This document shows positions 35,951 through 50,120 of a stretch of 64,000 nt of DNA, in pieces. The translations under genes and the position numbers were made by a program. The DNA lies in NCBI RefSeq assembly GCF_055900595.2, contig NZ_CM148325.1; one strand, 5' to 3'. Positions within the stretch are counted from its first letter, which is position 1. Each line of letters opens with the position of its first letter. The notes beneath the pieces are model-generated. The model was not told where the DNA came from. It was given only the letters and a program-made list of their open reading frames with translations, and did no database searches.

Positions 35951-36049
35951 CTAAGCCTTTCCTCGTCCAAGTGCAGCCCCGCACGGTGGGATAATAATCA
36001 CCACCACGCTAATCACGACCAGGCTAATCACTCGTAGAAGGGCTGTCAT
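35951..36049 (-). CDS. ilvL: ilvGMEDA leader peptide
   Basis: 32-codon ORF MTALLRVISLVVISVVVIIIPPCGAALGRGKA rich in Leu/Val/Ile regulatory codons. Confidence 0.9.
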   Translation of the reverse strand: MTALLRVISLVVISVVVIIIPPCGAALGRGKA

Positions 36050-36401
36050 TTTGTCTTTTCTTGCATCTTGTTCGAAGGAATGCCTAAAGAGTTACCATAG
36101 ATTTTGCGAATAGCACAAGATATTTTTTGGCCGATTTTTATGATGCCTTTAATAATTTCAATAGAAATTGTTGTTTTTTAAAAAGAAAACAGTGAGTGAA
36201 AAAAATTCAATTTCAGTATGAATGTTGTTCCCTTCCTCGTAGTTAATCCTTTGTCCACTGCATTTTTGCGAGCATCGTTCCACCGCCAGAACAACTCAAC
36301 TTCACTTGCACAAATAAACAGGAATCAGCCACTAAAATTCACGAATTAGCGGGCTACAGCAGCGATATCTTATGCACATAATGGCGACTCAAGGAGGGCT
36401 T

Positions 36402-37922
36402 ATGTCACTGTCAATTGTTCATACCCGCGCAGCCCTGGGAGTAAATGCGCCCCCAATCACTGTTGAGGTACATATCAGTAAAGGTCTACCCGGCTTAACG
36501 ATGGTGGGCTTACCAGAAACAACGGTAAAAGAAGCTCGCGATCGCGTGCGCAGCGCCATTATCAATAGCGGATATGAATATCCGGCGAAAAAAATCACCA
36601 TCAACCTTGCTCCAGCCGATCTGCCAAAAGAAGGGGGACGATATGATTTACCTATCGCCATTGCGTTGCTGGCAGCCTCAGAACAGCTTACAGCCAATAA
36701 GTTAGATGAATATGAATTAGTCGGAGAACTGGCGCTTACAGGCGCTCTGCGTGGCGTTCCCGGCGCAATCTCCAGTGCAACTGAAGCCATTAAGTCGGGC
36801 AGAAAAATTATCGTCGCGAAAGATAACGAGGATGAAGTGGGGCTAATTAACGGTGAAGGATGCCTGATAGCCGATCATCTGCAGGCTGTCTGTGCGTTTC
36901 TGGAGGGTAAGCACGCTCTCGAACGCCCGAAACCAACTGATGCAGTATCCCGGGCGCTACAACATGATCTCAGTGATGTTGTCGGTCAGGAGCAAGGAAA
37001 GCGAGGACTGGAAATTACCGCAGCTGGCGGGCACAACCTTTTACTGATTGGACCGCCGGGAACAGGTAAAACAATGCTCGCCAGCCGTATTAATGGCCTG
37101 TTGCCAGATTTAAGCAATGAAGAGGCACTGGAGAGCGCTGCGATATTAAGTCTGGTAAATGCTGAATCAGTACAAAAACAATGGCGGCAGCGCCCGTTCC
37201 GCTCACCGCATCACAGTGCGTCGTTAACTGCGATGGTGGGCGGTGGTGCAATTCCAGGGCCTGGTGAAATTTCGCTGGCGCATAACGGCGTGCTTTTTCT
37301 TGATGAGCTACCTGAATTTGAACGGCGTACACTGGATGCCTTGCGAGAGCCGATTGAATCCGGGCAGATCCATCTTTCACGCACGCGAGCAAAAATAACC
37401 TATCCAGCCCGTTTCCAGCTTGTCGCGGCGATGAATCCCAGCCCTACCGGACATTATCAGGGAAACCATAACCGCTGCACACCAGAGCAAACGCTGCGTT
37501 ATCTCAACCGACTCTCTGGTCCCTTTCTTGACCGATTCGACCTCTCACTGGAGATCCCACTACCGCCACCCGGTATTTTGAGTAAAGCGGTTGTTCAGGG
37601 GGAAAACAGCGCCACCGTTAAACAACGCGTAATGGCCGCCAGAGAGCGCCAATTTAAGCGGCAGAATAAACTGAATGCCTGGCTGGATAGTCCGGAAATA
37701 CGCCAATTCTGCAAGCTTGAGAGCGAAGATGCGCAGTGGCTGGAAGAAACGCTGATCCATCTGGGGTTATCGATTCGTGCCTGGCAGCGGTTACTGAAAG
37801 TTGCACGAACCATTGCTGATATTGATCAGTCCGACATTATCACACGTCAGCATTTGCAGGAGGCAGTTAGCTATCGTGCCATTGACCGTTTGCTCATCCA
37901 TCTGCAAAAACTACTGACATAA
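36402..37922 (+). CDS. comM: Mg-chelatase-like AAA+ ATPase, competence protein ComM family
   Basis: Start at MSLSIVHTRAALGV after AAGGAGGG SD; Walker A GPPGTGKTMLA, ChlI/MCM-like AAA+ domain; the track ORF is 10 codons longer. Confidence 0.9.
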   Translation: MSLSIVHTRAALGVNAPPITVEVHISKGLPGLTMVGLPETTVKEARDRVRSAIINSGYEYPAKKITINLAPADLPKEGGRYDLPIAIALLAASEQLTANKLDEYELVGELALTGALRGVPGAISSATEAIKSGRKIIVAKDNEDEVGLINGEGCLIADHLQAVCAFLEGKHALERPKPTDAVSRALQHDLSDVVGQEQGKRGLEITAAGGHNLLLIGPPGTGKTMLASRINGLLPDLSNEEALESAAILSLVNAESVQKQWRQRPFRSPHHSASLTAMVGGGAIPGPGEISLAHNGVLFLDELPEFERRTLDALREPIESGQIHLSRTRAKITYPARFQLVAAMNPSPTGHYQGNHNRCTPEQTLRYLNRLSGPFLDRFDLSLEIPLPPPGILSKAVVQGENSATVKQRVMAARERQFKRQNKLNAWLDSPEIRQFCKLESEDAQWLEETLIHLGLSIRAWQRLLKVARTIADIDQSDIITRQHLQEAVSYRAIDRLLIHLQKLLT

Positions 37923-37947
37923 AAAAAAGGGCATTTCGCCCTTTTTA
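37921..37947. terminator. bidirectional terminator between convergent comM and yifE
   Basis: aaaaaaaagggcatttcgccctttttatt: hairpin agggc-atttc-gccct flanked by A-run and T-run. Confidence 0.7.
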
Positions 37948-38286
37948 TTAATCGTCAGAATCGGTGTAGTCTTCAGCACCTTCAACCTGCGGTTTACCGC
38001 CGGAAAGGGTGTGAAAACGTTTTGGACGCTTGATACGCGTCATATACTTGGACCACACGCGTTCTGCTTCTGTCACTGGCTCACGTTCGCCACGGCATAC
38101 TGCTACGAAGAGTTTCTCTTCCTCGGTAACCGGCTCGCGTTTGCCGAGATCCAGCTCATTGAAGGCATAACCATGACGCTCAAGCAGTTGTGCCTCTTTG
38201 ATGGTGAAATCACCATGACGAGAGAATCCACGTGGATAATGTTTATTGTCGAAATATCGATTAGTCGTCGTAAAGCTTTCCGCCAT
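37948..38286 (-). CDS. maoP: DUF413 protein YifE / MaoP (Ori macrodomain organiser)
   Basis: 112-aa [55 protein letters not shown]... Confidence 0.9.
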   Translation of the reverse strand: MAESFTTTNRYFDNKHYPRGFSRHGDFTIKEAQLLERHGYAFNELDLGKREPVTEEEKLFVAVCRGEREPVTEAERVWSKYMTRIKRPKRFHTLSGGKPQVEGAEDYTDSDD

Positions 38287-38320
38287 CCTGCACGCTCCTA
38301 ATTCTTTGACCGAGCTAGTT

Positions 38321-38337
38321 ATGGCGCGGAGTATTAG
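38321..38337. promoter_or_regulatory. candidate maoS site
   Basis: atggcgcggagtattag (reverse complement CTAATACTCCGCGCCAT) lies just upstream of yifE/maoP; from memory this matches the 17-bp maoS motif. Confidence 0.4.
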
Positions 38338-38404
38338 TTACGCTTGACAGAGTGTAAAACAAAACATTTAAATCATAACGACAAATAATTTTGCGGAGAG
38401 CACT

Positions 38405-39244
38405 GTGGATACGGAATTGTTAAAAACTTTCCTGGAAGTTAGCCGAACGCGTCACTTTGGTCGAGCAGCTGAATCGCTCTATCTGACCCAGTCAGCAGTG
38501 AGCTTTCGAATCAGACAACTGGAAAATCAACTGGGTGTGAACCTTTTCACCCGCCACAGAAACAATATCCGTTTAACCGCTGCCGGTGAAAAACTACTGC
38601 CTTACGCAGAAACGCTCATGAGCACCTGGCAGGCCGCCCGTAAGGAGGTGGCGCATACCTCACGACATAACGAGTTTTCTATCGGTGCCAGCGCCTCGTT
38701 GTGGGAATGTATGCTTAATCAGTGGCTGGGACGCTTGTATCAAAATCAGGATGCCCATACAGGTTTACAGTTCGAAGCGCGAATTGCCCAACGGCAGTCT
38801 CTGGTAAAACAGCTGCATGAACGCCAGCTTGATCTTCTTATTACTACTGAAGCACCCAAAATGGACGAATTTAGCAGTCAGTTGTTGGGGTATTTCACTT
38901 TAGCGCTTTATACCAGTGCCCCTTCTAAACTAAAGGGAGATCTAAACTATCTGCGATTAGAGTGGGGGCCAGATTTTCAACAGCATGAGGCAGGTTTGAT
39001 CGGTGCTGACGAAGTTCCCATTCTGACAACGAGTTCAGCTGAACTGGCACAGCAACAGATTGCGATGCTTAATGGTTGCACCTGGCTACCAGTCAGCTGG
39101 GCGCGTAAAAAAGGCGGTCTGCATACCGTTGTCGATAGCACAACACTTTCACGGCCGCTTTATGCTATATGGCTGCAAAATAGCGATAAAAATGCGTTGA
39201 TTCGTGATCTATTGAAAATTAACGTGCTGGATGAAGTGTATTAA
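38405..39244 (+). CDS. hdfR: LysR-family transcriptional regulator HdfR
   Basis: 279-aa GTG-initiated ORF with LysR HTH ([40 protein letters not shown]). Confidence 0.95.
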
Positions 39245-39303
39245 TCAAAATGACTGGCAAGGATGCCGGTGGAAGGATTTACTTCGGAGAGGGTTGGTAC
39301 AGA

Positions 39304-39335
39304 TAAAAAAAATCCTTAGCTTTCGCTAAGGATGA
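39304..39335 (-). terminator. rrnC operon terminator
   Basis: Downstream of trpT on the minus strand: hairpin atccttagc-tttcg-gctaaggat followed by a U-run (complement of aaaaaaaa at 39304..39311). Confidence 0.7.
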
Positions 39336-39339
39336 TTTC

Positions 39340-39415
39340 TGGCAGGGGCGGAGAGACTCGAACTCCCAACACCCGGTTTTGGAGACCGGTGCTCTACCAA
39401 TTGAACTACGCCCCT
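39340..39415 (-). tRNA. trpT: tRNA-Trp (anticodon CCA)
   Basis: Reverse complement gives AGGGGCGTAGTTCAATTGGTAGAGCACCGGTCTCCAAAACCGGGTGTTGGGAGTTCGAGTCTCTCCGCCCCTGCCA. Confidence 0.95.
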
Positions 39416-39423
39416 AATTAGGG

Positions 39424-39500
39424 TGGCGGAACGGACGGGACTCGAACCCGCGACCCCCTGCGTGACAGGCAGGTATTCTAACCGACTGAACTACCGCTCC
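39424..39500 (-). tRNA. aspT: tRNA-Asp (anticodon GUC)
   Basis: Reverse complement gives GGAGCGGTAGTTCAGTCGGTTAGAATACCTGCCTGTCACGCAGGGGGTCGCGGGTTCGAGTCCCGTCCGTTCCGCCA. Confidence 0.95.
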
Positions 39501-39552
39501 ACCGAATTCTTTTACAACCACCGGTTTTATGACCGGCTTACTGCTTAATTTG

Positions 39553-39672
39553 ATGCCTGGCAGTTCCCTACTCTCGCATGGGGAGACCCCACACTACCAT
39601 CGGCGCTACGGCGTTTCACTTCTGAGTTCGGCATGGGGTCAGGTGGGACCACCGCGCTAAGGCCGCCAGGCA
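39553..39672 (-). rRNA. rrfC: 5S ribosomal RNA
   Basis: 120-nt match to E. coli 5S rRNA (…CCCATGCCGAACTCAGAAGTGAAACGCCGTAGCGCCGATGGTAGTGTGGGGTCTCCCCATGCGAGAGTAGGGAACTGCCAGGCAT). Confidence 0.95.
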
Positions 39673-39755
39673 AATTCTGTTTCATCAGACCGCTTCTGCG
39701 TTCTGATTTAATCTGTATCAGGCTGAAAATCTTCTCTCAATCCGCCAAAACATCT

Positions 39756-42670
<2,915 letters not shown>

Positions 42671-42863
42671 TCACAACCCGAAGATGTTTCTTTCGATTCA
42701 TCATCGTGTTGCGAAAATTTGAGAGACTCACGAACAACTCTCGTTGTTCAGTGTTTCAATTTTCAGCTTGATCCAGATTTTTAAAGAGCAAATATCTCAA
42801 ACGTCACCCGAAGATGAGTTTTGAGATATTAAGGCAGGTGACTTTCACTCACAAACCAGCAAG

Positions 42864-42939
42864 TGGCGTCCCCTAGGGGATTCGAACCCCTGTTACCGCC
42901 GTGAAAGGGCGGTGTCCTGGGCCTCTAGACGAAGGGGAC
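42864..42939 (-). tRNA. gltU: tRNA-Glu (anticodon UUC), rRNA spacer tRNA
   Basis: Reverse complement gives GTCCCCTTCGTCTAGAGGCCCAGGACACCGCCCTTTCACGGCGGTAACAGGGGTTCGAATCCCCTAGGGGACGCCA. Confidence 0.95.
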
Positions 42940-43024
42940 GTATCAGTCTGCTTCGCAAGACGCCTTGCTTTTCACTTTCTATCAGACAATCTGTGTGAGC
43001 ACTGCAAAGAACAGTTCTTTAAGG

Positions 43025-44566
<1,542 letters not shown>

Positions 44567-44744
44567 AAAAGTTTGATGCTCAAAGAATTAAACTTCGTAA
44601 TGAATTACGTGTTCACTCTTGAGACTTGGTATTCATTTTTCGTCTTGCGACGTTAAGAATCCGTATCTTCGAGTGCCCACACAGATTGTCTGATAAATTG
44701 TTAAAGAGCAGTGCCGCTTCGCTTTTTCTCAGCGGCGCGGGGTG

Positions 44745-44776
44745 TGCATAATACGCTTTCCCGCTACAGAGTCAAG
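44745..44776 (-). promoter_or_regulatory. rrnC P2 promoter
   Basis: Minus strand TTGACT-16nt-TATTAT followed by GC-rich discriminator (fwd: ataatacgccttcccgctacagagtcaa). Confidence 0.75.
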
Positions 44777-44862
44777 CATTTATTTTTGCTTTCTCTGCCG
44801 AAGTTCTCAGGAGAACTCCGCTGACCCGGCGGCGTGTTTGCCGTTGTTCCGTGTCAGTGGTG

Positions 44863-44990
44863 GCGCATTATAGGGAGTTATTCCGGCCTGACAAGAGGAA
44901 ATTTAAAATAATTTTCCGACCGCGCATTTTTTCAGCAAAAGCCCCGTTAATGTGCCATAAAACAAGCAATTTGCCGTTTTTGCAACCGTA
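44863..44990 (-). promoter_or_regulatory. rrnC P1 promoter with upstream UP element / Fis-site region
   Basis: Minus strand TTGTCA-16nt-TATAAT-GCGCCACC (stringent discriminator), with AT-rich UP-like sequence (gaaatttaaaataatttt) and upstream activator region. Confidence 0.75.
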
Positions 44991-45046
44991 ATCACACTTC
45001 CTGGTGGCATACTAAGGAGGAATAAAAAGAAAAAGGAAGATTAGTA

Positions 45047-45739
45047 ATGCCTTTAAGCGCACAACAGTTAGCTGCACAGAAAAACCTTTCGTATGTTCTG
45101 GCTGAGAAGCTGGCGCAACGGATCTTAAAAGGTGAATATGAACCCGGCACCATTTTGCCTGGTGAGATTGAGCTGGGCGAGCAATTTGGAGTGAGTCGTA
45201 CAGCGGTACGCGAAGCGGTTAAAACGTTAACGGCAAAAGGGATGGTTTTACCGCGACCACGAATTGGTACCCGGGTCATGCCACAATCAAACTGGAATTT
45301 TCTTGATCAGGAATTGCTTACCTGGTGGATGACAGAAGAGAACTTTCATCAGGTCATCGATCACTTTCTGGTTATGCGTATCTGTCTGGAGCCGCAAGCT
45401 TGCCTACTGGCTGCAACGGTTGGCACCGCGGAACAGAAGGCGCATCTCAATACGTTAATGGCCGAAATGGTGGCATTAAAAGAGAACTTTCGCCGTGAAC
45501 GCTGGATTGAGGTCGATATGGCCTGGCATGAGCATATCTATGAAATGAGCGCCAATCCGTTTTTGACCTCATTCGCCTCGCTCTTCCATTCGGTTTATCA
45601 CACTTACTTCACGTCAATTACCAGCGACACAGTGATAAAGCTGGATCTGCACCAGGCGATTGTTGATGCGATTATCCAAAGCGATGGCGACGCGGCATTT
45701 AAAGCTTGTCAGGCGCTGCTACGCTCACCTGATAAGTGA
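45047..45739 (+). CDS. yieP: GntR/FadR-family transcriptional regulator
   Basis: 230-aa ORF with N-terminal GntR wHTH (LGEQFGVSRTAVREAVKTLTAKGMV) and FCD-type C-terminal domain. Confidence 0.9.
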   Translation: MPLSAQQLAAQKNLSYVLAEKLAQRILKGEYEPGTILPGEIELGEQFGVSRTAVREAVKTLTAKGMVLPRPRIGTRVMPQSNWNFLDQELLTWWMTEENFHQVIDHFLVMRICLEPQACLLAATVGTAEQKAHLNTLMAEMVALKENFRRERWIEVDMAWHEHIYEMSANPFLTSFASLFHSVYHTYFTSITSDTVIKLDLHQAIVDAIIQSDGDAAFKACQALLRSPDK

Positions 45740-45761
45740 CACCCCGATAACAGGACATTGA

Positions 45762-47189
45762 ATGAGCGATAAAAAGAAGCGCAGTATGGCGGGTTTGCCG
45801 TGGATCGCGGCGATGGCCTTCTTCATGCAGGCACTTGATGCCACTATTCTGAATACCGCCTTACCCGCAATCGCTCATAGCCTTAATCGTTCTCCTCTCG
45901 CGATGCAATCAGCCATCATCAGTTACACGCTGACGGTGGCGATGCTTATTCCGGTAAGCGGATGGCTAGCCGATCGCTTCGGTACGCGTCGCATATTTAC
46001 CCTTGCCGTGAGTCTGTTCACATTGGGTTCTCTGGCCTGCGCACTTTCTAACTCGCTACCACAGCTGGTTGTCTTCCGGGTTATTCAGGGGATAGGTGGC
46101 GCAATGATGATGCCTGTTGCTCGGCTGGCCTTACTGCGTGCTTATCCTCGTAATGAGCTTCTTCCTGTATTGAATTTTGTCGCCATGCCGGGTCTGGTGG
46201 GGCCAATTTTAGGCCCCGTACTTGGCGGCGTGCTGGTCACCTGGGCAACCTGGCACTGGATATTTTTAATCAATATCCCCATAGGTATTGCCGGCCTTCT
46301 TTACGCGCGCAAACATATGCCCAATTTCACCACCGCACGACGCAGATTCGATATCACTGGCTTTTTGCTGTTTGGCCTCAGCCTTGTTCTCTTCTCAAGC
46401 GGAATAGAGCTCTTCGGTGAAAAGATTGTCGCCAGTTGGATTGCCTTGACGGTAATTGTCACCAGCATCGGGTTACTGCTTCTCTATATTCTCCATGCAC
46501 GACGCACGCTAAACCCATTAATTTCATTAGATTTATTTAAAACCCGCACTTTCTCGATCGGTATAGTAGGCAATATTGCAACCCGTCTGGGGACCGGCTG
46601 TGTACCGTTCCTTATGCCATTGATGTTACAGGTAGGATTTGGTTATCAGGCGTTTATTGCCGGCTGTATGATGGCACCGACAGCGTTAGGTTCCATTATT
46701 GCAAAATCGATGGTTACCCAAGTCTTACGTCGTCTGGGCTATCGCCATACGTTAGTGGGGATCACGGTAATTATTGGGCTAATGATCGCTCAGTTCTCTT
46801 TGCAATCACCAGCAATGGCGATATGGATGCTGATCTTGCCGTTGTTTATATTAGGGATGGCTATGTCGACGCAATTTACCGCGATGAATACCATCACACT
46901 TGCCGATCTGACCGATGACAACGCCAGCAGCGGTAACAGTGTTCTGGCGGTCACGCAGCAACTGTCTATCAGTTTAGGCGTTGCTGTAAGTGCGGCCGTC
47001 CTTCGCGTTTATGAAGGGATGGAAGGCACAACGACTGTCGAACAATTCCACTATACGTTTATCACAATGGGCATTATTACTGTTGCTTCAGCAGCAATGT
47101 TCATGCTTCTGAAAACAACCGATGGTAATAATTTGATCAAAAGACAGCGTAAATCTAAGCCGAACCGCGTTCCATCAGAATCGGAGTAA
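45762..47189 (+). CDS. hsrA: MFS transporter (putative multidrug efflux, HsrA/YieO)
   Basis: 475-aa ORF with ~14 hydrophobic segments, DHA2-type MFS organisation. Confidence 0.9.
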   Translation: MSDKKKRSMAGLPWIAAMAFFMQALDATILNTALPAIAHSLNRSPLAMQSAIISYTLTVAMLIPVSGWLADRFGTRRIFTLAVSLFTLGSLACALSNSLPQLVVFRVIQGIGGAMMMPVARLALLRAYPRNELLPVLNFVAMPGLVGPILGPVLGGVLVTWATWHWIFLINIPIGIAGLLYARKHMPNFTTARRRFDITGFLLFGLSLVLFSSGIELFGEKIVASWIALTVIVTSIGLLLLYILHARRTLNPLISLDLFKTRTFSIGIVGNIATRLGTGCVPFLMPLMLQVGFGYQAFIAGCMMAPTALGSIIAKSMVTQVLRRLGYRHTLVGITVIIGLMIAQFSLQSPAMAIWMLILPLFILGMAMSTQFTAMNTITLADLTDDNASSGNSVLAVTQQLSISLGVAVSAAVLRVYEGMEGTTTVEQFHYTFITMGIITVASAAMFMLLKTTDGNNLIKRQRKSKPNRVPSESE

Positions 47190-48147
47190 GTTGTAATCGT
47201 TGTTGCTGAAGGGTCGGTTGGGTTATCCGATGGATGAGTACATCAATCGCCAGCTCCCCCAGTTCATCTTTCGGTTGATGGATAGTGGTTAATGGTGGCG
47301 TCATAAAGCTTGCCAGTTCGATATCGTCATAGCCAATCACCGCGATATCCTGCGGAACCTGTAACTCTGCCTGATATAGCGCCTGGTAAACGCCAACAGC
47401 CATAGCGTCATTTCCGGTAAAGACGGCCTGAGGACGCAGCGGATGTGATAACAGTTGGCGCATAGCGTCAAACCCGCCGTTAAATTCAAAATCACCAGTG
47501 ACTTCATAGCCATCAGGAATGTTGAGACCCGCACGTTTCATCGCCGCCCGATAACCTTCCAACCGCAGGCGCGCCGGAGTTTTATCCAGCGGGCCGGTAA
47601 TACAGGCGATACGGGTATGACCTTTATCGATCAGATATTGCGTTGCTAAGTCTCCGCCCAGCAACGAATTATCCTGAATGAGATCGCTGTCGCCATCGAA
47701 TGGTGCCCAGTCCATCATCACGGTAGGCACTGTCGGATAACGTTGCATGATTTCACGCGAAGGCTGATGCGTTTCGGTGCACAGTAACAGCAAGCCATCA
47801 ACGCGCTTTTGCATCAGCGTTTCCAGATTACGATTCATCCGCTGCTCATCGCCTTCGGTATTGCAAAGAACAAGACTATAGCCGCGCTCGAAGCAGCTGC
47901 GTTCAACGCCACGCACCAGTTCAGAATAAAAAGGATTGGTACTGGCAGTAATCAACATGCCAATGGTTCGAGTCTGATTGAGCTTGAGGCTACGCGCCAG
48001 AGCTGATGGCGCGTAATTGAGTTCTTTAATTGCCGCTTCAACTTTGGCAGTAATCGCTTCACTGACGAAGCGATCTTTATTGATGACGTGAGAAACTGTT
48101 GAGGTAGAAACGCCCGCCAGGCGGGCAACATCTTTCATTGTAGCCAA
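47155..48147 (-). CDS. rbsR: ribose operon repressor (LacI family)
   Basis: 330-aa ORF with LacI-type HTH ([33 protein letters not shown]) and periplasmic-binding-like core; last gene of rbsDACBKR. Confidence 0.95.
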   Translation of the reverse strand: MATMKDVARLAGVSTSTVSHVINKDRFVSEAITAKVEAAIKELNYAPSALARSLKLNQTRTIGMLITASTNPFYSELVRGVERSCFERGYSLVLCNTEGDEQRMNRNLETLMQKRVDGLLLLCTETHQPSREIMQRYPTVPTVMMDWAPFDGDSDLIQDNSLLGGDLATQYLIDKGHTRIACITGPLDKTPARLRLEGYRAAMKRAGLNIPDGYEVTGDFEFNGGFDAMRQLLSHPLRPQAVFTGNDAMAVGVYQALYQAELQVPQDIAVIGYDDIELASFMTPPLTTIHQPKDELGELAIDVLIHRITQPTLQQQRLQLTPILMERGSA

Positions 48148-48150
48148 GCG

Positions 48151-49080
48151 TCACCTCTGCCTGTCTAAAAATGCGTCGATCTCTTCACGCCATGGAACGG
48201 AAGGTTGTGCGCCTTTGCGCGTTACAGCAATCGCTGCGGCGGCATGAGCAAAACGAATCGCCTCCGGCAACGGTTTTTCTTCCAGCAACGCCGTGATTAA
48301 CGCGCCGTTAAAAGTATCTCCGGCAGCAATGGTATCGACAGCCTGCACCCGGAATCCAGGAACGCGCTGACCTTCACCATTCACGCTAGCCCATACACCA
48401 CGACTTCCTAAAGTAATCAGTACAGTACGGATACCTTTTTCATGCAGTACCTGCGCCGCTTTCGCTGCATCTTCATCATTTTCAACACGAATATCGGTGA
48501 GCTTTTCTGCTTCCGTTTCGTTTGGCGTAATAATGTCCACCAGCGCCAGCAGTTCGTCAGGAAGTTCGCGAGCCGGAGCCGGGTTAAGCGCAACGATAGT
48601 CTTATTTTGATGGGCGATTTTCGCCGCTGCCATCACACTTTCGAGTGGTGATTCCAGCTGCATTAATAATGCCGATGCGTTAGCAATACGCTCACGTTGC
48701 GCCTCCACCAGCGCAGGGGAAAGGGCTGCGTTAGCGCCGGCATGAATACCAATGACATTCTCACCTTCGCCATTAACAAAAATCAGCGCCACACCTGTTG
48801 ATTCGCCTTTGATCACGCTCACCGGAGAAATATCGATGTTATCAGTGGCGAGCTGCTGGCGAACGCTCTCACCAATGCTGTCATCACCCGTACAGGCAAT
48901 AAACGCGATATTCGCACCGCTACGCCCTGCAGCCACAGCCTGATTCGCGCCTTTGCCGCCAAATGCAACCTGATAGTGGTTACCGGTTACGGTTTCGCCT
49001 GGAGTAGGAAAAGATTGAAGATTAAGAATGTGGTCAGCATTAATGCTGCCAAGAACAACGAGGCTGCCTGCGTTTTGCAT
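48151..49080 (-). CDS. rbsK: ribokinase
   Basis: PfkB-family ORF; start placed at MQNAGSLVVLGSINADHILN (309 aa); the track ORF is 9 codons longer. Confidence 0.9.
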   Translation of the reverse strand: MQNAGSLVVLGSINADHILNLQSFPTPGETVTGNHYQVAFGGKGANQAVAAGRSGANIAFIACTGDDSIGESVRQQLATDNIDISPVSVIKGESTGVALIFVNGEGENVIGIHAGANAALSPALVEAQRERIANASALLMQLESPLESVMAAAKIAHQNKTIVALNPAPARELPDELLALVDIITPNETEAEKLTDIRVENDEDAAKAAQVLHEKGIRTVLITLGSRGVWASVNGEGQRVPGFRVQAVDTIAAGDTFNGALITALLEEKPLPEAIRFAHAAAAIAVTRKGAQPSVPWREEIDAFLDRQR

Positions 49081-49205
49081 ATTCGGGATGTCCATAAAAT
49101 GCGCCACCGTGTTAGGGTGGCGCGTGCCCTGCTTTTCTTTATTTTACACGTTCATCTGTCGATGACGTATTTATGTCACCATCAGGTCATACAACCTGAT
49201 TAAAA

Positions 49206-50096
49206 CTACTGCTTAACAACCAGTTTCAGATCAACCGGATACTTAGCCTGAACTTTCTCGCCTTTCAGCACTTTATCGGCGGTTTCGACGCCTTTCGCGC
49301 CAATCTGATCGGGTAGCTGAGCGATAGTCGCTGCTAGTTTGCCATCATTCACCGCTTTTTCGCCATCCGGTGTACCGTCAAATCCGACGACCATCACATC
49401 CGATTTACCAGCAGTTTGCAGTGCGCGCAGCGCGCCCAGCGCCATTTCATCATTCTGCGCGAACACAGCCTGAACATCCGGATGAGCGGTCAACAGGTTC
49501 TGCATTACGTTCAAACCTTTGGTGCGGTCAAAGTCCGCTGGCTGGCTGGCAAGAACATTAAACTTGTGAGCAGCAACGGCCTGCTGGAAACCTTCGCCAC
49601 GCTCACGGGCTGCGGAGGTACCGGCAATGCCTTGCAGCTCGATAACTTTGGCTCCTTCGCCCGCTTTCTTCGCGATGTAATCACCGGCGATTTTGCCGCC
49701 CAGTACGTTATCAGAAGCAATATGGCTCACTACTTCACCTTTCGTTGCCTGGCGGTCAAGAGTGATAACCGGGATATTCGCCTGGTTAGCCATCTTCACA
49801 GCATTACCCACTGCGTCGGAGTCGGTCGGGTTAATTAGCAGAATTTTGGTGCCGCGAACGGTTAAGTCCTGCACGTTCGCCAGCTCTTTCGCCGGGTTGT
49901 TCTGGGAGTCCAGCACCACCAGGTTATAGCCGAGTTTATCCGCCTCTTTCTGCGCGCCATCTTTCAGCGATACAAAGAACGGGTTGTTAAGCGTGGAGAC
50001 CACCAGCGCGATGGTGTCTTTTGCCATCGCATTCGCACTGACGGTGGCGCTTAGCGCAACAGCGGAAACCAGGGTAGCCAGTTTTTTCATGTTCAT
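49206..50096 (-). CDS. rbsB: periplasmic ribose-binding protein
   Basis: Start placed at [25 protein letters not shown] (signal peptide), 296 aa. Confidence 0.95.
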   Translation of the reverse strand: MNMKKLATLVSAVALSATVSANAMAKDTIALVVSTLNNPFFVSLKDGAQKEADKLGYNLVVLDSQNNPAKELANVQDLTVRGTKILLINPTDSDAVGNAVKMANQANIPVITLDRQATKGEVVSHIASDNVLGGKIAGDYIAKKAGEGAKVIELQGIAGTSAARERGEGFQQAVAAHKFNVLASQPADFDRTKGLNVMQNLLTAHPDVQAVFAQNDEMALGALRALQTAGKSDVMVVGFDGTPDGEKAVNDGKLAATIAQLPDQIGAKGVETADKVLKGEKVQAKYPVDLKLVVKQ

Positions 50097-50120
50097 ATTC
50101 AAGATGTCCTGTAGTCGTTA

